Position numbers and translations under genes: made by a program | The notes under the pieces: generated by a model | Seen by the model: only the letters and a program-made list of their open reading frames with translations | The model's database searches: none | Told to the model about the DNA's origin: nothing | DNA from: Gemmatimonadales bacterium | GTDB lineage: Bacteria > Gemmatimonadota > Gemmatimonadetes > Gemmatimonadales > GWC2-71-9 | NCBI GenBank assembly: GCA_041613315.1 | Contig: JBFJHJ010000044.1 | Span: 1 to 20,203, forward strand | Reading direction: 5' to 3' | Length of the DNA stretch: 20,203 nucleotides | Shown: one piece after another, positions 15,039 to 20,203 of the stretch | How positions within the stretch are numbered: the first letter of the stretch is position 1 | Layout: each line of letters begins with the position of its first letter

Positions 15039-18000
15039 TCAGAACGCCCACCGGGCGCCGACCTGCGCCTGCCGCGGGGCCCCCAGGCCCGACTGCACCG
15101 TGCCGTCGAAGTTGAACAGCAGCGAGCCGAAGGCCGGATCGAGGAAGTTGTCCGAGTTCGTCACGTTGAAGACCTCGAAGATCGCCTCGAACTGCTGCCC
15201 GCCGGCGAACGGGAACACCTTCGACAACCTGATGTCCCACGAAAAGAATTCGTTGTCCTTGCGCAGCGTGTTCCGTGTGAGGACCGATCCGTCAGCGCAC
15301 AACCGGTCGGTCGGTGCCGCGGCGCGCTCACCTGCAGGCGGCGCGAACGGATTCGCGCCGAAGGGGTTCCCCGCGGGCCGCGGGCCGCAACTCTCCGAGA
15401 TCGGCTGCGCCGAGTAGTAGCTGACCCGATTGTTCACGAGGACGTCGTACGGAAGCCGTAAGAGGAACCAGCCGTTGACGCGGTGCCGCTGGTCGCGGTC
15501 GCTCCAGTTGTACTCGGGCGCCAGGTTGTCCGCGCGTGCGTAGCGGAGGGTGAACGGGTCACGCTCGTTATCGTCGTCCGACTTGTCGAACGACAGCGTG
15601 TAGTTGACCTGGAACTGCACCAACGGATCGTCCATCCGCGCGAGGGAGACCGTGACGCCGTTGTAGCGCGACTTCCCGCTGCTCTGAACCGTCCACAAGG
15701 TGTTGATGCCGTTGGTGGTCGTCCCGTCGTTCTCGGGATCCAGCCCCGTGCACCACGGTCCGCTGAAGCCGATCGGACAACCCCCGGGACTGTTGCCGAA
15801 CAGGAAATCATTGCTATTGAAGAACCGGGTCAGGCCGTCCGTCCGGGCGTGCGTGTAGCTGACCGCGGCGGCGAGGCCGGACACGATCTCCTGCTCGTAG
15901 CCGACGGTCCCGCTGATCGTTCGCGGGTTCTCGAAGTTGCGGTCGAACACGTACACGTCCGGGTTGAACGGGAACCCGGCCGGATCGGGCAACAGCTGAT
16001 TGATCGCCGGTGGGCGGCCCAGGAACGCGCTCAGCCCGCTGTTCCGGAAGATCGTCTGTCCCAGGGAGCCGTTGGTGCTGCGTGTGCTCGCCAGGTTGAG
16101 TCCTGGAATACGGGCGTAGAAGACGCCGCCGCTGCCGCGGAGCACCGAGCGGCCATCACCGCGGATGTCCCACGCGAAGCCGAGCCGCGGCTGGAAGTTG
16201 TCCCAATCGGATGGGATCGTCCCATCGGAGGGGAACGCAAACGTGCCGGCCGACGTGGTCACACTGGTGCCGATGAAATCCGAGAAGAACACCTGCGAGG
16301 GCGGCGTCAGCACGTCCGGCTGAATCGAGGCCTCCCACCGCAGGCCGTAGTTCAAGCTCAGGTTGGGGTGGACCTTCCAGCTGTCCTGGACAAAGAACGC
16401 CAGCTCGTGCTGCGGGATACTCTGTGTCCCAGCCTGCGCCACCGTCGTGCCGCCAACCCCCGCCTGCTGGAGATAGAGGAGCACAGGCCCCGTCGGCGGG
16501 GCCCCGCCCGGGCACGCCCCGGTCGTTCGTCCCAGACCCGGCGCGTCACCGGAGCATTCGAAGTAGCTGTTCCCGTCTGCAGCATAGCGCAAGAAGCCCG
16601 GTACCGAGCTGAAAATGAACCGGCCGTTCGCGAACCCGATGAAGGTCTGGACCGATTCGACCCGATTCCACTCGGCACCGATCTTAAACAGGTGGTTCCC
16701 GGCGGCGATGGATAGGTTGTCCAGCACCTGAATGCGGGAGTCGTAATACTCGATCGGCAGGAAGAACGGCATGCCGATCCGGTACCCGCTGGCGAAGTCC
16801 ATCGCGATGTCCGGGAACGGTCGGTTGCCGTCGCGGGATGTCACGCCGGGCGGCGGCTGGACGCCCGGTATCGTCGGGCCAAGATACGGCCGCGGCCGAT
16901 CCTCCCGGGACCATTGGAACCGGAACTCGTTCGTGACGCGGGCCGAGACAAACGAGGAGAGGCTCCCGTTCACCGCGTGGGAGAAGTCCTTCTCAAGGCC
17001 GTTGGCGCTGGCCCCCCAGGTATCCACGTCGAACGTCCCGTTCTCTTGCTGCGACCAGGTGTAGTTGTACTTGAGCGACGCGTTGTGCCGGTCGCTCAGC
17101 CTGAAGTCGAACTTCGCCAGCAGCGCCCGGGCGTTGTCGGTGCGGTCGATCGCTCCGAAGTCCCCGTTCAGGGCGCCGCCGAACGCCGTGTCGGTCCAGG
17201 CCTTGAGAGCCGGGTTGATGAGGCTCAGCCGGTTGGCCTGGCGCGTATCGTCGAGCGCCTGCTGGTCGTACGCTACGAAGAAGAACGCCTTGTCCCTGAC
17301 GAGCGGCCCGCCCAGCGTAAACCCGAACTGGTGCTGCTGGAAGTCGGGGTTGCGCGTCAGCGTGTTCCCCACGACGGCGCAGATGCCGCCCACATCGGTA
17401 CAGACGTGCCGCGCCTCCGCGGAGAGCGGGTCGTACTTGCCGAAGTAGTGCACCGAGCCGTGGAGCTGGTTCGTCCCGGACTTGGTGATCACGTTCACGA
17501 AGCCGCCGCTGGAGCGCCCAAACTCGGCGTTGGCGCCGTCGGACACCACCACGATCTCCTGCACGGCGTCCAGGTTGAACGTGAACGGCGGCCGCTGGCC
17601 GCCGCGCTGCTCGCCGAAGAACGGATTGTTGAAGTCGGCCCCGTCCACCGAAATGTTGTTGTGAATCCCCTTCTGTCCGGCAATCGTGAGCTCGTCACCG
17701 TCGGGCCCCTGTACGAGCGCCACGTTGGGCGTGAGGAGCGTGAGATCGAGGAAGTTGCGGCCGTTGTTGGGCAGCCCCTTGACCGCGTTCTCGGGCAGGC
17801 GCGTCGCGGCCTCCGATCGTTCGGTATCCACCGTGGGCGCCCGCGCCTCCACCGTCATCGCCTCCAGCGCGATCACCCCCACGGTGAGCTGCAGATCCAC
17901 CGTCTGGCCGACCCGCACCTCGATCCCGCGGCGTACGTTCTCCCGCACGCCCGGTGCGCGCGACGTCACCTCGTACGTCCCAAGCGGGAGGAGGGGCGCG

Positions 18001-18224
18001 GCGAACGTGCCGTTATCGGCCGTCGTGAGCGTCCGCGTGAAGTTCGTGTTCATCTCCCGCATGACGACCGTCGCGCCAGCGACGGGGTTGCCCTGGGCGT
18101 CCACCACCGTACCGCGGATGATACCGGTCGTGGCCTGCGACTGGGCACGCGCCAACGACGGGACCAGCGTGACCAGCACCGTGAGGAACGAGAGCCAGCG
18201 GCTCGACACGAGGGTGCGCAGCAT
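15039..18224 (-). CDS. TonB-dependent outer-membrane receptor, Oar-like, with N-terminal carboxypeptidase-regulatory-like domain
   Basis: Signal peptide (ARA-Q). N-domain 'IRGTVVDAQGNPVAGATV', plug 'LP.NGRNF.DL..LTP' and 'AEFGRSSGGFVNVITKSGTN.LHGS'. Barrel motifs QDSWK and PRLGFAWD, and a C-terminal aromatic beta-signal (ARWAF). Likely start is ATG 18224; the track start is 18269. Confidence 0.92.
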   Translation of the reverse strand: MLRTLVSSRWLSFLTVLVTLVPSLARAQSQATTGIIRGTVVDAQGNPVAGATVVMREMNTNFTRTLTTADNGTFAAPLLPLGTYEVTSRAPGVRENVRRGIEVRVGQTVDLQLTVGVIALEAMTVEARAPTVDTERSEAATRLPENAVKGLPNNGRNFLDLTLLTPNVALVQGPDGDELTIAGQKGIHNNISVDGADFNNPFFGEQRGGQRPPFTFNLDAVQEIVVVSDGANAEFGRSSGGFVNVITKSGTNQLHGSVHYFGKYDPLSAEARHVCTDVGGICAVVGNTLTRNPDFQQHQFGFTLGGPLVRDKAFFFVAYDQQALDDTRQANRLSLINPALKAWTDTAFGGALNGDFGAIDRTDNARALLAKFDFRLSDRHNASLKYNYTWSQQENGTFDVDTWGASANGLEKDFSHAVNGSLSSFVSARVTNEFRFQWSREDRPRPYLGPTIPGVQPPPGVTSRDGNRPFPDIAMDFASGYRIGMPFFLPIEYYDSRIQVLDNLSIAAGNHLFKIGAEWNRVESVQTFIGFANGRFIFSSVPGFLRYAADGNSYFECSGDAPGLGRTTGACPGGAPPTGPVLLYLQQAGVGGTTVAQAGTQSIPQHELAFFVQDSWKVHPNLSLNYGLRWEASIQPDVLTPPSQVFFSDFIGTSVTTSAGTFAFPSDGTIPSDWDNFQPRLGFAWDIRGDGRSVLRGSGGVFYARIPGLNLASTRSTNGSLGQTIFRNSGLSAFLGRPPAINQLLPDPAGFPFNPDVYVFDRNFENPRTISGTVGYEQEIVSGLAAAVSYTHARTDGLTRFFNSNDFLFGNSPGGCPIGFSGPWCTGLDPENDGTTTNGINTLWTVQSSGKSRYNGVTVSLARMDDPLVQFQVNYTLSFDKSDDDNERDPFTLRYARADNLAPEYNWSDRDQRHRVNGWFLLRLPYDVLVNNRVSYYSAQPISESCGPRPAGNPFGANPFAPPAGERAAAPTDRLCADGSVLTRNTLRKDNEFFSWDIRLSKVFPFAGGQQFEAIFEVFNVTNSDNFLDPAFGSLLFNFDGTVQSGLGAPRQAQVGARWAF

Positions 18225-18317
18225 AGGAGGAAGCCTCGCAAAGGGGAGTTTCAACGCCAAGGCTATCATCGCCCCGCAGGCCCCGCAAGATCCGGTGCCA
18301 AGGGCGTGCTGGAACGC

Positions 18318-18794
18318 TCAACGTCGCATCAAGTCCCGAACCGTGACGACCCCGCGGGTCTCGAGATCGACCCCGCGGCTCCCGACCGGCGTGTCGGCGA
18401 CGATCCGGCCGTCCAAGGCGTACCGCACCGATCCGCGCCCCAGGAGCGCCCGCGCGCCCGCCCCAACGCCTTCCCACGTGAACGTGAGCGGAACATCGAC
18501 CGTGGCATGAGACTCCGCCGGCAGGAGGATCGCGCTCTCGAGCAGCGCATCCCCAAAATGGGTGTCCTCGAGATCGATGCCGATCTCGACGCGCGCCGTC
18601 CGTAGGTCGTAGCGGTTGGGGTTGTACACCGCAAGCACGAGGTTCAGCGAGCCTCCCGTCAGGCCGATCCCGGTCACCTCGACCGCGGCCAGGTCCACGG
18701 TCGGGCGCTCGAACGAAACGCGCCGGAACAGCGAGCACGACGCCGTCGCACCCACGAGGAGCAGCCAGCCCGTCAGTCGGATCGTCCGTCGCAT
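18318..18794 (-). CDS. LEA type 2 / WHy-domain lipoprotein
   Basis: Lipoprotein signal ending ATASC, followed by 'P.V.L..V...G+G+.G..L.L.L.VYNPN.YDL', typical of LEA_2 proteins. Confidence 0.85.
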   Translation of the reverse strand: MRRTIRLTGWLLLVGATASCSLFRRVSFERPTVDLAAVEVTGIGLTGGSLNLVLAVYNPNRYDLRTARVEIGIDLEDTHFGDALLESAILLPAESHATVDVPLTFTWEGVGAGARALLGRGSVRYALDGRIVADTPVGSRGVDLETRGVVTVRDLMRR

Positions 18795-18982
18795 CGTCCA
18801 CCAGCCTGTGCGTGAGGGTGAAATCTGCTACGGCCGGTCCCCGCGCCGCCAGCGACGACCCCGCGTCTTCCTGTCCGGCCGTCGACGGCACACTTTTAGT
18901 TCGGCGTGCGGCGACGCTCTCGAGTGCCGCGCCGCCCACGACCGTTCCTGCAACGTACCCCGATCGGCACGGAGGTTCCGCG

Positions 18983-20203
18983 ATGCCTGCCCGTCTCCTT
19001 CCGCTCGCGTCCGTGGCGCTGCTGCTCGCTCCCGCGGTCGCAGCCCCCATGGCGGCCCAGACAACGCCCACCCAGCGGGCCGCCGCCCGCGACGTCATCC
19101 GGCAGATCGACGCCCTGCAGGCGGAGCTCAAGCCGACAGCCTACGGCCGGGCCATGGCCCGCAAGCGCGATCGTGACCGCGATCGGCTGTTCGAGCGCGT
19201 GGACGCCCTGTGGGCCGGCGAGCTGCGGGACCTGAGCGACCACATCGGCCGGCACCCCGAAGTGGGATGGAAAGAGTTCCGAACCGTCGATACCCTCACG
19301 GCGGTGCTCCGGGGCTACGGCTTCCGCGTCACCACCGGCCAGGCGGGGCTGGAGACGGCCTTCGTCGGTGCCTGGGACGCTCCGGCGGGGGTGAACGGGC
19401 CAACCCTGGGCATCATCGTCGAATACGATGCCCTCCGCAGCACCACCGAGCCGTTCCACGGCTGTCAGCACAATGCCCAGAGCCCGGTTGGGTTCGCCAC
19501 CGCGGTCGCCCTCACAGAGTTCATGGCGGCCAAAGGTCTCCAGGGGCGCGTGCGGGTCTACGGCACGCCCGCCGAGGAGGTCGGGCCACCGGCCAAGACG
19601 ATCATGTGGAAGGCCGGCGTGTTCCAGGGCGCGGACGTCCTGATCCGCAGCCACGGGTCGAGCGAGACGAGCCGGAACAAAGCCGGCTTTGGCGTCTGCT
19701 GCCTGAACATCAACGAAGTGCGCTACATCTTCACCGGCAAGGCGGCGCACCAGCGGGCATCCTGGTTCGGGCGCAACGCGCTCACGGCGGCGGTCCAGTT
19801 CTATACCGCGGTGGACCACCTGCGGCCCACCTTCCGGCCGGAGGCGTCCATCCAGGGCGTGATTCCGGAGGGCGGGATCGCGCCCAACGTCGTGCCCGAA
19901 CGGGCGGTCGTGGATTACTACATCCGCTATCCGGATGAGGTGTACCTCGCCCACATGGATTCGATGATGGCGAACGCCGCCCGAGGCGCGGCACTCGCGA
20001 CCGGCACCGAAGTGACGATCGAGCGCTACGGCGAGTACCGCGACGGCATCACGCTGGGGACCCTCGAAGAGTTGGCGTTCGCCTACGCGGAAGCGTTCAG
20101 CGCGCCGAAGATCGATCCCGAGCCGCAACGGCCGGCGGGCTACGAGGAGACGGGGTTTCTCACGCGTGACATCCCCGGCGTCGGGGTCAGTGTCTTCACC
20201 TCG
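18983..20203 (+). CDS. Exported M20 family amidohydrolase (M20D / AbgB-Acy1L2-like); 3'-truncated by window edge
   Basis: Absent from the ORF track because it has no stop in the window; translated by hand. GGAGG at 18971-18975, ATG at 18983, signal-like MPARLLPLASVALLLAPAVAAPMAAQ. Motifs HPEVGWKEF, EYDAL, HGCQHN, GTPAEE, FTGKAAH, GRNAL and GG.APNVVPERA. Confidence 0.9.
   Translation, partial: MPARLLPLASVALLLAPAVAAPMAAQTTPTQRAAARDVIRQIDALQAELKPTAYGRAMARKRDRDRDRLFERVDALWAGELRDLSDHIGRHPEVGWKEFRTVDTLTAVLRGYGFRVTTGQAGLETAFVGAWDAPAGVNGPTLGIIVEYDALRSTTEPFHGCQHNAQSPVGFATAVALTEFMAAKGLQGRVRVYGTPAEEVGPPAKTIMWKAGVFQGADVLIRSHGSSETSRNKAGFGVCCLNINEVRYIFTGKAAHQRASWFGRNALTAAVQFYTAVDHLRPTFRPEASIQGVIPEGGIAPNVVPERAVVDYYIRYPDEVYLAHMDSMMANAARGAALATGTEVTIERYGEYRDGITLGTLEELAFAYAEAFSAPKIDPEPQRPAGYEETGFLTRDIPGVGVSVFTS

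Noticed and set aside
16914..18605. 563-aa plus-strand ORF (also 15483-16715)
   Set aside because: Antisense shadows of the TonB-dependent receptor with no domain signatures.
18896..20128. 410-aa minus-strand ORF and the 19210-19938 plus-strand ORF
   Set aside because: The real gene is the plus-strand M20 frame starting at 18983, which has clear motifs. These are shadow or off-frame ORFs.
1..20203. CRISPR arrays, tRNA/rRNA genes, IS elements, integrases or prophage genes
   Set aside because: No regularly spaced repeats, cloverleaf-like sequences or transposase/integrase motifs were seen, and nearly all the sequence is explained by protein-coding genes.

Overview
GC-rich bacterial chromosomal window with 16 credible protein-coding genes. 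Two are truncated by the window edges, and one of those, an M20 amidohydrolase at 18983 to >20203, is missing from the supplied ORF track. An ADOP-type duplicated permease, an Oar-like TonB-dependent receptor and a PAS hybrid kinase suggest a Gemmatimonadota/Acidobacteriota-like diderm (inference). Gene order: QEGLA/DUF1704 (MATCAP-like) metallopeptidase and GshB-like ATP-grasp ligase (translationally coupled); DUF4349 lipoprotein; Zn alcohol dehydrogenase and DUF1572; hybrid histidine kinase (-); orphan rpsU; DUF1295; ADOP permease (-); acyltransferase (-); serine hydrolase, SnoaL-like and HAD operon; TonB-dependent receptor (-); LEA_2 lipoprotein (-); exported M20 amidohydrolase. I saw no rRNA, tRNA, CRISPR array or mobile element. 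The best candidate for an uncharacterised system is the coupled MATCAP-like carboxypeptidase and ATP-grasp ligase pair, a possible amino-acid tag 'writer/eraser' or peptide-metabolite cycle. Secondary signals are a pseudo-receiver domain on the kinase, a shared ECF-like promoter motif, a G-quadruplex motif, Cys-paired loops in the receptor and a probable leaderless gene.
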